IMG/VR virus record: IMGVR_UViG_3300025082_000053
DNA length: 27,397 nucleotides
Source of the DNA: a virus
Reading direction: 5' to 3' (one strand)
Positions 1 through 8,593 of the stretch are shown piece after piece. The notes beneath the pieces were generated by a model. It had not been told where the DNA came from, searched no databases, and worked only from the letters and a program-made list of their open reading frames with translations. The translations under genes and the position numbers were made by a program. The number at the start of each line of letters is the position of its first letter. Position 1 is the stretch's first letter.

Positions 1-72
1 TTATGTACAGTTTGCTAGGCAGTCCAAGAAAGAGAAGGAAAAGAAACAGCGTTACCCTAGGGGAATTCTATA

Positions 73-1308
73 ATGGATAGAGATGTAGAGCGTGGTTTAT
101 TGGGTGCTGTAGGTGTTTATGGGGCAGTAGTTGGTGGGACCCATGCTCTAAAACATACTCCCATAACAAGGATGTTAAGTGCTCTTCCAGAGAGGAGAAG
201 TACTTTAATAGAAGATTTTTATAGCAAGGGTGCAAAGAAAGGTAGATTATTTTTGGGTCACATGTTGAACAACTGGAGGAATGAAGTTCAGACATTTATT
301 AAGAACAATCCAGATGAGTTTCCTAAAGGTATGTCTGACTCTGCTAAAATAAAATATACTGAGAAAATTATGAGAGACTGGGGTCATACTACTCCAGCCG
401 AGCTAAATCATGCTGCGAACCAAATTAAAATAGAACAAGCTGCTGAATTTGCAGAGTTAAAGGGAGAAAAGCCAAAAAGGTTTGGTCTTGGTAAATACAA
501 GAGGCTTGGTAGACATGAGATATTAAAAAATCAGCTCGTAAGATATACAATGGGTAACAAGTATAGTGGCTCTCTAATGGTTGAGAAGGGTCTTTCTAGG
601 CCAACAAGAACAGATGTAAAGACTATTTTTAAGGGACATGAGGGTGCAATAAATAAATGGGGTCTTAGTGGTGATGCAAAGGCATCTGTTAGTAACATAT
701 TAAATGTTGGGGGTGACAAGAGTCAGCTTATAAAGGCCGCCAGAAAAGATCACATGTTTAAGATGGCTGATAAAGTATTGAGAAGTGGTGTTGATTTACA
801 TGACCTGGATGCAGTAAGAGAGCAAGCTGAAAATAGAATAGGTCAAATGGGAACTCGTCTTAGAGGCGTAAATAGATTGCATGCCAATGTTGCATCTAGA
901 GAAATAGAAGTTAGTAAATTTATGAAGAATTTTAGTGTCGGCAAGAATGGCGAGCTTGTGTTAAATTATAGCTCAGCCTATAAACCTCATTATTTAGTCG
1001 GTGGAACTAATGTAAATATTAAGTTGTGGAAAGGCCCTCGTGGTGGATTTTTACATGACATCTTAGTTAGCGATAAATATGATGTGCTAAAAAGTTCACA
1101 TGTTCAGAGAAACCAGCATTTTAATGTAGCCAGGAGTACTAATGCTAGTAAGATGAAGAAAGTTAGGACTTATGCAAGGAAATCATTAAGGTCACGCTTT
1201 CTTGCAGCACTTAAAGCAAATGATTTAAAAGAGGCACGTAGGTTGGCGTTAAAGCTCGGTATCAAGGGTGCTAAATTTCTTGGGAGGAAGGCGCTATTAA
1301 AAATCTAA
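73..1308 (+). CDS. Hypothetical basic (K/R-rich) protein, 411 aa; possibly a virion/internal protein
   Basis: Long uninterrupted ORF on the late-gene strand, followed 9 nt later by the next gene (AGGAG RBS). No recognisable motif; the virion role is inference from strand and position. Confidence 0.75.
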   Translation: MDRDVERGLLGAVGVYGAVVGGTHALKHTPITRMLSALPERRSTLIEDFYSKGAKKGRLFLGHMLNNWRNEVQTFIKNNPDEFPKGMSDSAKIKYTEKIMRDWGHTTPAELNHAANQIKIEQAAEFAELKGEKPKRFGLGKYKRLGRHEILKNQLVRYTMGNKYSGSLMVEKGLSRPTRTDVKTIFKGHEGAINKWGLSGDAKASVSNILNVGGDKSQLIKAARKDHMFKMADKVLRSGVDLHDLDAVREQAENRIGQMGTRLRGVNRLHANVASREIEVSKFMKNFSVGKNGELVLNYSSAYKPHYLVGGTNVNIKLWKGPRGGFLHDILVSDKYDVLKSSHVQRNQHFNVARSTNASKMKKVRTYARKSLRSRFLAALKANDLKEARRLALKLGIKGAKFLGRKALLKI

Positions 1309-1317
1309 AGAGGAGAA

Positions 1318-1638
1318 ATGATGGTTGCTAATATTTTTTTAAAAAAATCTGCGAAGGTTGCTTGGAGATATCTCAAGATGGTAAGGAGCCCGAAATATTC
1401 GAAGGATATGGCTAGTGCAATACGTAAAGCTACGGCAGAATCTAAATTTTCTAGATCGACATTAAAAAAAATGGCGAGAGAACGAATTTCAATGGGTACC
1501 TATGAACATAATTTAAAGATGGGATCGAAAGACCCCAGAATTGATCAAATAAAAATTGATAGGATAAAAAATAAGGATTGGTCTTCTAGCTTGCGAAAAA
1601 GCAAGACAAGGACTACAAAGCCGTATAGGGAAGAATGA
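1318..1638 (+). CDS. Small highly basic hypothetical protein, 106 aa
   Basis: AGGAG RBS just upstream of ATG; K/R-rich with an amphipathic N-terminal helix. Confidence 0.75.
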   Translation: MMVANIFLKKSAKVAWRYLKMVRSPKYSKDMASAIRKATAESKFSRSTLKKMARERISMGTYEHNLKMGSKDPRIDQIKIDRIKNKDWSSSLRKSKTRTTKPYREE

Positions 1639-1742
1639 AAACTCAATTAAAGTCTGTTTTCGAGCCACTGGGGCTCCCGAAAAGTTTCTTAAAAACCAGT
1701 TTCAATTTTGGGGTAAATTTTCCAAAATTCGCTTTAAAATGA
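1635..1742 (+). CDS. Possible 35-aa ORF (MKTQLKSVFEPLGLPKSFLKTSFNFGVNFPKFALK)
   Basis: ATGA overlap with the upstream stop; below the track cutoff; overlaps a hairpin, so it may be spurious. Confidence 0.25.
   Translation: MKTQLKSVFEPLGLPKSFLKTSFNFGVNFPKFALK
1657..1690 (+). terminator. Possible plus-strand terminator hairpin at the end of the late unit
   Basis: TTTTCG-AGCC/ACTGG/GGCT-CC-CGAAAA followed by GTTTCTT; the stem is bulged and the U-tract weak. Confidence 0.35.
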
Positions 1743-1864
1743 TTTATACTAGTATATGTACAGAGTTGACCAAGAAAGTCCCGTAAACGGCGTTTTAGGG
1801 CTATTGACAGTCATTCTGTTAATAGTAAATAGGTCGAATAATCGCAGATATTTTGTAGAGAGTG

Positions 1865-1905
1865 AAAAAAAATAGTAGAACTCCCATTTTCATGGGAGCC
1901 CTACT
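1865..1905 (-). terminator. Intrinsic terminator ending the early arm
   Basis: Minus-strand AGUAGGGCUCCCAU-GAAA-AUGGGAGUUCUACU (14 bp, 2 G.U, GNRA loop) followed by A and 8 U, 19 nt after the stop at 1925. Confidence 0.92.
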
Positions 1906-1924
1906 TGCCGTATAGATGGAGGAT

Positions 1925-2137
1925 CTATGGCACTCCGGGAAGAACAACACTTTTGTAAAAACCACATTTTTCTACAATGGTTGTACATTTCTTCCCAGCT
2001 TTCTTATCGTCGATGTATAGGAGGACAGGAGTGGTGAAACCCTTAATGGCTTGGGCCTCTATGTGTACACCTTCACATATACCACGACGATAATTTGAGC
2101 AATATTTTTGCGCAGTTTTTCCTTCAAAGCTTATCAT
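1925..2137 (-). CDS. Small 4-Cys hypothetical protein, 70 aa
   Basis: AGGAG RBS; four Cys; last gene before the terminator. Confidence 0.8.
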   Translation of the reverse strand: MISFEGKTAQKYCSNYRRGICEGVHIEAQAIKGFTTPVLLYIDDKKAGKKCTTIVEKCGFYKSVVLPGVP

Positions 2138-2154
2138 TATTTTCTCCTAAATTT

Positions 2155-2240
2155 AGGTTAAAACTCGGTAGTACCCACCAGCCAACTACTTCTTACCTTA
2201 ACCTGAGCGTTTATTGTTTTAGGCACTTTAGTTTTAACCT
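2155..2240 (-). ncRNA. Structured intergenic element closed by an 11-bp perfect inverted repeat
   Basis: aggttaaaact (2155-2165) / agttttaacct (2230-2240) spans almost the whole intergenic gap; shares three sequence blocks with the 14325-14481 element. Confidence 0.55.
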
Positions 2241-2241
2241 C

Positions 2242-2595
2242 TTAGAACTCTTCATCATAAGGATAGTCATCTAGCCCTATCTTTTTGATAAACTTGTGAG
2301 CTTTTGCTATTTGGTCGTCTTCCGGTATTCCATGCTGAGACTCTTCGTCAATAGGTAGTTTTTGTGGGTATGATTTCCTACCTTCAAACGTATCTACTAA
2401 GTCTCGTATTTCCGTTTCAATCCGGTGACGTAATTCATCGAATATTTCGTGATTTGTTTCGCAACAAAATCCAATCGTAATTGTCCTTTGTTCTTCTTCA
2501 TCCCAGTCAGTATATTCGTATTCTGCTGGTCGATCACAGGCGTCGCATAGTCTCACGAAATTATCCTTCGGACTTAAGTTCATTATCCCATTCAT
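2242..2595 (-). CDS. Acidic hypothetical protein with CxxC and CC (possible Zn binding)
   Basis: Track ORF 2242..2646; start moved to MNGIM (2595) or MNLSPK (2583) to limit overlap; motifs CDAC and FCC. Confidence 0.7.
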   Translation of the reverse strand: MNGIMNLSPKDNFVRLCDACDRPAEYEYTDWDEEEQRTITIGFCCETNHEIFDELRHRIETEIRDLVDTFEGRKSYPQKLPIDEESQHGIPEDDQIAKAHKFIKKIGLDDYPYDEEF

Positions 2596-2794
2596 GGATA
2601 GCCTTTTCTCTTTTATAATAATCTGCCAAGCCAATTGATAGGTCATTTACTAAGCTAGCATATTTATCATTGTAGATTTCCTTACTTTCAATATTGTGAG
2701 TAGCTATGCTTTGTAAGCTAAATATTATATTCTTTATCTCATCAATACTTAATTGTATGGTTATTGAACCCTTACTCTTCGGTACTCTATTCAC
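2561..2794 (-). CDS. Hypothetical protein, 77 aa
   Basis: Start overlaps the stop of 2787..3182; tightly packed operon. Confidence 0.65.
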   Translation of the reverse strand: MNRVPKSKGSITIQLSIDEIKNIIFSLQSIATHNIESKEIYNDKYASLVNDLSIGLADYYKREKAIHEWDNELKSEG

Positions 2795-3182
2795 AATTTG
2801 GACACCTCCTATCGTCTAATGGTATATTTCCCCATATACTTTTTGCTAAGTAACTAATACCCTTGTTATAAGTTTCATCCACTTTTTGCCAAGCTTTTTT
2901 GCAATCGCTGCATCTAAATGGAACACTGTTACGATTCTTTCTGCCTCTTCCTACTCTTTCTACATTTCGACCTATTGCTTTCGTAGGGTTGCTATATAGT
3001 CTATTCCCATTTACCCTATTTCGTGTATGCAATACCTTGTCACTATCAAACCACTCAGTGCTGCCGAATATGGGATGATTAGTAAAGTACCAAACTATAG
3101 TATCTCGTTCTGCTTGGCTCTTTCTTGCGTATTTACTTTCCAGCCAATTATTGTCTGAAGATCCTCTTTTATAGAATTTCAT
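2787..3182 (-). CDS. Hypothetical protein with C-terminal zinc ribbon (CSDC...CPNC), 131 aa
   Basis: Two CxxC pairs; start 1 nt after the HNH stop. Confidence 0.75.
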   Translation of the reverse strand: MKFYKRGSSDNNWLESKYARKSQAERDTIVWYFTNHPIFGSTEWFDSDKVLHTRNRVNGNRLYSNPTKAIGRNVERVGRGRKNRNSVPFRCSDCKKAWQKVDETYNKGISYLAKSIWGNIPLDDRRCPNCE

Positions 3183-3183
3183 A

Positions 3184-3621
3184 TTAGTACTTTCCTCCCT
3201 TTGCTAGTTTACGTAAGAGATATGCCTCTACCTCTTCTGATTGTCTACTTATCCATTTTATAATCTTTTTGAAGTCCTCTTCATCCAGTGGGCCTTTTCG
3301 TGTATTGCAAGTTTTACATACAAGCCTAAGGTTGGTTGCCGTGCTTTCCCCACCCTTTACCATGGGAATGATGTGATCGCAAGCAATTGTCTTTATTGAT
3401 AATATATTACTGCAATATACACATTGTTTCCCATAGTTGTCAAGAAACATTTTCTCTAATTCTTTTCTTGTTATATCAAATTTAATATCCATTGCCATAC
3501 TTCTTTTTTTAAGATTAGAGTACAGTGCTGTTATTTTACGAGAAAGTTTCTTCTTAGCTCTTTTCCAAAATTGCTTATGTATTGGATAAAGTACCTTTTT
3601 ATATATTATCTGGTTCATCAA
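3184..3621 (-). CDS. HNH endonuclease (Zn-finger/McrA type)
   Basis: CVYC...DHIIP..KGG...TNLRLVCKTCNTRKG is the canonical HNH signature. Confidence 0.92.
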   Translation of the reverse strand: MMNQIIYKKVLYPIHKQFWKRAKKKLSRKITALYSNLKKRSMAMDIKFDITRKELEKMFLDNYGKQCVYCSNILSIKTIACDHIIPMVKGGESTATNLRLVCKTCNTRKGPLDEEDFKKIIKWISRQSEEVEAYLLRKLAKGGKY

Positions 3622-3769
3622 ACTCTATATTTCCACATTCAGAACATTCCCAATAGTCACCACCTATCCCATCAATATTAATATCATACGATCCAGCATA
3701 TTTATATTTATGAGGAGTTACATCGACATCATCTGGGATTATGTCTAACATATTCGTACATTTTTCCAT
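3599..3769 (-). CDS. Small acidic protein with WECSECG knuckle, 56 aa
   Basis: Start moved from 3841 to 3769, where AAGGAGAAGGAA precedes ATG; one CxxC. Confidence 0.65.
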   Translation of the reverse strand: MEKCTNMLDIIPDDVDVTPHKYKYAGSYDINIDGIGGDYWECSECGNIEFDEPDNI

Positions 3770-3846
3770 TTCCTTCTCCTTTTCTTCATATAAGAATCCA
3801 CGTCTATGTATGCCTGATACCTTTTTTAGGATTTTATTCATTTATA

Positions 3847-4149
3847 TAAGAAACAGAGGCGATCTTACTAGAGGGAAAATGTCTGATGATTAGATAACCC
3901 AACATAACCAGCATGGATAAGTTTAGGTACTTAAACTACTTCCCTTAACTTTAGTCAGCCACCCCTTTGGACAACTGAGTATCGAAAACTGGAATTACAT
4001 GCTATCGTATAACCATCAAGTATTGTTACTATCTAGCTCTTAGTCTCTAAAGTATTGTGCCTTTCGGGCGAAGATTTTCGCGATCATGGTCACATATACT
4101 TTTTTGAGAATTCCCTTCCCTCGCCACTGGATTTTTTATCTGTTTCTTA
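3847..4149 (-). ncRNA. Candidate ~300-nt structured RNA
   Basis: 11-bp perfect closing IR taagaaacaga (3847-3857) / tctgtttctta (4139-4149), continued by GGCGA/UCGCC and GAGGGAAG/UUUUCCCUC. Inner hairpins include GCGAA-AAUC-UUCGC and CAGUUGUCC/GGGUGGCUG, whose G.U pairs work only on the minus strand. Confidence 0.55.
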
Positions 4150-4155
4150 ATTATA

Positions 4156-4293
4156 TTACTTCTTAGGAGTTCTTGAACGTAATGTAGAAAACTCCTCTTC
4201 GAGTAATTGTATTCTATGACGGAGTTGTTTAAGTGTTCTCCATATTCGTGAAAACTTACGATTACTTCTATAGAATGGGTTCATGTATTTCAT
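4156..4293 (-). CDS. Small basic coiled-coil-like protein, 45 aa (MKYMNPFYRS...RTPKK)
   Basis: Not in the track; ATGA overlap with the HTH gene stop; fills the gap up to the RNA element. Confidence 0.6.
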   Translation of the reverse strand: MKYMNPFYRSNRKFSRIWRTLKQLRHRIQLLEEEFSTLRSRTPKK

Positions 4294-4487
4294 CTTACCA
4301 TCCTATATCTTGCTACACCTAAAGTATTGTCTCTAAGTGTCTCAATTGAATGACCCTTTTGACGTAAATCAAATATGCGAGCAGCCAACCTTATCCCCAA
4401 ACCTTGTGTAGATGCTGACATAGGAGTTAATGTGTCACCATTTTCAAGTATTTTTAAGATTCGTTCTCCTTGAGTTTTTTTTGTCAT
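4290..4487 (-). CDS. Phage winged helix-turn-helix protein (HTH_39-like)
   Basis: TQGERILKIL..G.TLTP...LGIRLAARIFDLRQKGHSIET pattern typical of this phage HTH family. Confidence 0.8.
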   Translation of the reverse strand: MTKKTQGERILKILENGDTLTPMSASTQGLGIRLAARIFDLRQKGHSIETLRDNTLGVARYRMVR

Positions 4488-4647
4488 AGTTAATTGTTCC
4501 TATTTGTATTGTTATTGTTGGTTTCCAGATACCTAATGTTACCTGGAAATATTCTCCACGTTCATCCACATCAAACAACATTGCCAAATGAAAATATCTT
4601 AATAAAAACATTTGAAAGCCACCAGACCAAATATATATTTTAAACAT
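4444..4647 (-). CDS. Hypothetical beta-rich/hydrophobic protein
   Basis: Track ORF 4444..4692; start MFKIYIW at 4647 follows the Gp157 stop by 1 nt. Confidence 0.5.
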   Translation of the reverse strand: MFKIYIWSGGFQMFLLRYFHLAMLFDVDERGEYFQVTLGIWKPTITIQIGTINYDKKNSRRTNLKNT

Positions 4648-4648
4648 A

Positions 4649-5266
4649 TTATGATCTTCTAACTTTTTCAACTTGATATATAGATATCCCATCTGGAAAT
4701 TGTGTACCAGCTTTGTGGGCGTAAATGGCGTCTTTTCTAGCCTTTGTTTTGTTGATAGAATCTACCATCTTTACTTGTTTATAATCATCCCCAAGTGACT
4801 GTTCATCTATCTTTACTGGTCCATACGAGTTGTACAGTTTATATCTAGCGGTATTGGTTTCAAATACTCCATTCTTATCACCTATCTCATGTATAATAGA
4901 TGGTAGAAGATGTTCATTAAAATATTGAAGAGTACTACTTATGGCATTCTTACGTTTCTTTAGGCGTGTCATCTCAAAAGTCTGTGCCTCTATTTCGCCA
5001 ACTATGAGATGTTTCCTTTTATTTAGATTGACCATAAACTTATCAATATTATCCATTTTCTTTTTCAATGTCTGCTGTAAGATAGTAAGTTCATTAACAA
5101 CATGTTTATATTCAGATTCAGTCTCTTCTAAACCTGATGAACTTAATTGATCTCTGTGCAGTAACTCATTTTCTAGCATCATCTTTTCATTTATTAGGTC
5201 AATATGCTCGCCAATAAGCTCACTAGATGTCATTTTATTATACGACGTTTGTTGTCTTATTGTCAT
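4649..5266 (-). CDS. Siphovirus Gp157-like protein
   Basis: Coiled coil (IDKFMVNL..EIEAQ..RLKKRKNAI), then FET..ARYKLYNS..V.IDE..L.DDYK.VK...INKTK; typical position beside recombination genes. Confidence 0.75.
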   Translation of the reverse strand: MTIRQQTSYNKMTSSELIGEHIDLINEKMMLENELLHRDQLSSSGLEETESEYKHVVNELTILQQTLKKKMDNIDKFMVNLNKRKHLIVGEIEAQTFEMTRLKKRKNAISSTLQYFNEHLLPSIIHEIGDKNGVFETNTARYKLYNSYGPVKIDEQSLGDDYKQVKMVDSINKTKARKDAIYAHKAGTQFPDGISIYQVEKVRRS

Positions 5267-7106
5267 CTTTCTGCTCCAATGTAAGTATTGTTCTATTTGT
5301 AGTAATTGATTCTCCTAAATTAACACGATCTTGACGTATTAATCTAAAACTTGGTGTCCATGTTAAATCTACTTCAAAGAGTTCGCCATCAGTATTCTTA
5401 AACATTTCTACCTTACGATCTTTTCTTTGAGCATTTCCACTGATACCAATTACCTTTCTTGAGGCATTTTCAATAGCCCCTGATCCCTTTCCAGCATAAA
5501 GATCAAGTACTTCCTTCCTTGAATATTCTCTACTAGTTTGAGACAATTGGATAATAATAATATCCATATTAATTGCAAGATTTGAAAGTGCATGACTTAT
5601 ATATCTTATAGACTCATATTCTCCTCGTATGTGTCCAGGAGGCTCTACAAGGTCTATATAGTCGACAATTACACATCTGGGTTGTACATTTTGTACCATT
5701 TCCCGAATCTTCTTTATCGTTGGACTTACAGTATTAATGGCAATATGAGAAATATTCTCTCTATGGAATTGATACATTTCCTTTAGATTTTCCTCAATTT
5801 CCTTTTTACTCATACCACTAACTATTTGAAGATGTCTTTTATGACTATACCAATCTGTAAGTTCTAATGATAAATAGAGTGTAGGAATTTGTAATTCACT
5901 TCTAATTAGGTCATTATAGGCATCGTATCCTAGTGCTATATTTTGTGCCAATGTAGTTTTATTAGTACCTGTCGGCCCAAATATTGTCACAAGTTCACCA
6001 GGATATATTGTTATATCTTTGCCTTGAAGACCAAATAATTCGTCTAAGCAGATTACTCTTCCATCAAAGTTTGCACTTACTCGTTCTTCCAATGCTTTTT
6101 GCATATCATCACTATTCTTTATTTCAACGAGGTAATCTTTATTCTTATAATATACGCATCTTGGACTACAATATTCCTTTAATAAAAAGTCATTACAACC
6201 ATAACGATAACCACGGTTATAAGTGTCTTCTATCTTTTGAAGGACTCCTTGTTCGTCAAGACTATCATTATTCCAATTCAATATAGCTGCTTTCGCAGCC
6301 TCAGATGGAATACCGTGTCGAAGATAATGGGAAGCAAATCTTAATATTGCGTGATTTCTATTTCCCTCTTGTGGTCCTTCTCTATATATTGCTTGTAAAC
6401 AAGTAACCACATTCTTTGGTTCAAAGGTTGTTTGAAGTTCCCTAACTTGAGGAACATTTCTTACTACATAACCTTTGAGTTTTTCCTTATCATCAACATC
6501 GGAAATATCTTTATAATTGAACTCAAATCTTTGTCTTTCTGCTAAGTTTTTTATTTGTTCTGGACTAAGATTTAATAATTCTCTTATACTTAATGGTATC
6601 TTATAATAACCTCGTTTTGAATTTAAGGTATGTTCCATTCGATATATTCCAGTCCTATTATAAATAGAAATGTCAATATCATCAAATATCTTCCTCATTG
6701 TCTCCCTTAAAATATAAGGAGTATTCTTAGAAGGCTCTATATTAAATAGGTTATTGGAAATAGCAATATGATAACCTGTCCCGCTAAAGTAGGGTTGGAT
6801 ATTACCATCCGTCACACCTAGTTCATAAAGGTCAAAAATGATACTTTGTGCCTTTTCCTGAGTGTACTTATCAGAATTATCTTTCTTGTCTATATCTATG
6901 ATAATCTGATCAAGCCCACGCATTCCCTGAAAATCACGTAAAGTTCCATTTGCCTTTTGGTAATCAATGGCATCATCGTAATATAAATAAGTACTACGAT
7001 ATACTGCCTTTTTCTTACCTTCTGTTACTAGGATATGTGGAAGACTGTCTAGTGCAACAAGAAGCCCTCTTTTACGAGGGCTTTCTATTGCAACTTCTAA
7101 ATACAT
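5238..7106 (-). CDS. AEP-superfamily primase fused to a PriCT/PriL-like domain and an SF4 (DnaB-like) helicase
   Basis: AEP motifs IIIDID, FSGTGYH, DISIY...IYR..HT.N.K; EGNRNHA helical domain; Walker A-like GPTGTNKTT, Walker B VIVDYID, LSQ, SGAIE, KN.DG. Confidence 0.88.
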   Translation of the reverse strand: MYLEVAIESPRKRGLLVALDSLPHILVTEGKKKAVYRSTYLYYDDAIDYQKANGTLRDFQGMRGLDQIIIDIDKKDNSDKYTQEKAQSIIFDLYELGVTDGNIQPYFSGTGYHIAISNNLFNIEPSKNTPYILRETMRKIFDDIDISIYNRTGIYRMEHTLNSKRGYYKIPLSIRELLNLSPEQIKNLAERQRFEFNYKDISDVDDKEKLKGYVVRNVPQVRELQTTFEPKNVVTCLQAIYREGPQEGNRNHAILRFASHYLRHGIPSEAAKAAILNWNNDSLDEQGVLQKIEDTYNRGYRYGCNDFLLKEYCSPRCVYYKNKDYLVEIKNSDDMQKALEERVSANFDGRVICLDELFGLQGKDITIYPGELVTIFGPTGTNKTTLAQNIALGYDAYNDLIRSELQIPTLYLSLELTDWYSHKRHLQIVSGMSKKEIEENLKEMYQFHRENISHIAINTVSPTIKKIREMVQNVQPRCVIVDYIDLVEPPGHIRGEYESIRYISHALSNLAINMDIIIIQLSQTSREYSRKEVLDLYAGKGSGAIENASRKVIGISGNAQRKDRKVEMFKNTDGELFEVDLTWTPSFRLIRQDRVNLGESITTNRTILTLEQKDDNKTTNVV

Positions 7107-7726
7107 TAAAAAGTATCTTCAGAAGAGCCTGTACTCACGGTTGCTGAATTACCTGAGCTATTAGGTTCTACTTCTTTTATATGTCCTCTACTTTTCATAA
7201 AGGTTACATAGTTTTCTAATTCCTTTCTGTTCTCTGGCGTATCAATAACAATCTTTGGACATACTCTTGTCCATTCCTTCTCTTCGCCAGTTTTTTTATC
7301 TTTTTGTAATGTCCTATAAACATAGACATAATATGGCTTTGTATCATCTGATATGTCGGCAACATAGTTATTATTCAGGAATGTCTGGATATTTTCTATC
7401 TTATCTCCTGTCTTAGTTTCCCATTCACCTATAGTATTTGGCCCGCCGCCAAAACCAATGGCATCAAATAAGTAATATATCTTATTTAATAATGAACAGG
7501 TTCTAATCCTACCGTCACTATCTTTATCATAAGACCCAGCTACTTGTAATCTAATTGGATACTTACTATTTCCAGCGAGCATAACTTCTAAATAAACATC
7601 TGCCCAAGGAAATTTTATTTCACCATCATCTCTTGTATCTTTACTTCTATCTGAGAAGTCCGTTATTTGTACATTTTGAAAGCCCGTCCAACTTCCATTT
7701 GATTCTGTTTCAGGTCTGAATCTCAT
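7106..7726 (-). CDS. Putative single-stranded DNA-binding protein
   Basis: Lies between the Sak4-like ATPase and the primase-helicase; beta-rich core with an acidic/aromatic tail (SSEDTF). Family assignment is inference. Confidence 0.55.
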   Translation of the reverse strand: MRFRPETESNGSWTGFQNVQITDFSDRSKDTRDDGEIKFPWADVYLEVMLAGNSKYPIRLQVAGSYDKDSDGRIRTCSLLNKIYYLFDAIGFGGGPNTIGEWETKTGDKIENIQTFLNNNYVADISDDTKPYYVYVYRTLQKDKKTGEEKEWTRVCPKIVIDTPENRKELENYVTFMKSRGHIKEVEPNSSGNSATVSTGSSEDTF

Positions 7727-7729
7727 TAT

Positions 7730-8590
7730 TTACTCCTCTTTGTAATTTAGGATTTCGTTCTTTATTGCATCATAATCAAACAATAAAGTTTTTTGTGCAA
7801 GTGGCTTTAACCTACTTCCTACTGCACGTTCATCGTAGGACTGGAAACTTATATAGTATTTTCCGTCCTCCTTATTTGCTGTTGTATAACCTATAACATC
7901 TGCTTTTGCTGATAATGCATAGGCTAAACCTCTTGGTAATTCTGGCAACAACTGAATTTTACCATCTGTTGATGTTGAAGATTTTGAATGACTTATTAAA
8001 ACAAGATCATATCCATTTTTCTTTATGAATAATTGAAGTTTCTTTATGAGATCAACATTTCTCTTTCTTGCTTTAAACCAATCAGCCCCCCAAGAACCTT
8101 CACCCATACCAGTAATATCGAGTTCTTTGACGACTTCTTCTTCAATCCATTTATTTATTACATCAATGGTATCAATAACTATGGTATTAAACTCAGATTG
8201 TTTGTGGAAATTTTGTTTTAACCATTGATATATTTCTACCATAGAATAAACAGGCATTGGTTTACCACGATTCTCACCTGAACGATAATAATATCCTCGT
8301 TCTTCCGGTGGAATAATTTCCATTTGTGTTTTACCATCTTTTATGACGGATTTACCATCTAACTTTAATTCCCTGTAAGGAATATTTAAGCTAGTAGCAG
8401 TTACAACATTGGCTCCTTCAACGTAATCAGAACCGAGGTCTGTATCAATTAACAACACACCCTCGGTTCCTTTTTCGCTCCAACGACTTGCCGTTGTTGT
8501 TTTGCCTGTTTTAGGTTGACCTATAAAGTAATAAGTCACACCATGAGGTACTTCACTCCAATTAGTGGAGATTTTCTGAGGCTTTATCAT
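7730..8590 (-). CDS. AAA_24 / Sak4-like P-loop ATPase (phage recombination)
   Basis: YFIGQPKTGKTT, LLIDTD.G, TIVIDTID, VLISH, ADVIGY motifs. Confidence 0.88.
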   Translation of the reverse strand: MIKPQKISTNWSEVPHGVTYYFIGQPKTGKTTTASRWSEKGTEGVLLIDTDLGSDYVEGANVVTATSLNIPYRELKLDGKSVIKDGKTQMEIIPPEERGYYYRSGENRGKPMPVYSMVEIYQWLKQNFHKQSEFNTIVIDTIDVINKWIEEEVVKELDITGMGEGSWGADWFKARKRNVDLIKKLQLFIKKNGYDLVLISHSKSSTSTDGKIQLLPELPRGLAYALSAKADVIGYTTANKEDGKYYISFQSYDERAVGSRLKPLAQKTLLFDYDAIKNEILNYKEE

Positions 8591-8593
8591 TAT

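Noticed and set aside
3847-4149. tmRNA (tag-like ORF, T-loop-like UUUCGAU, CCA next to GGGG)
   Set aside because: No Ala-type acceptor stem can form, the T-stem is only 3 bp, and the element order fits neither standard nor known permuted tmRNAs.
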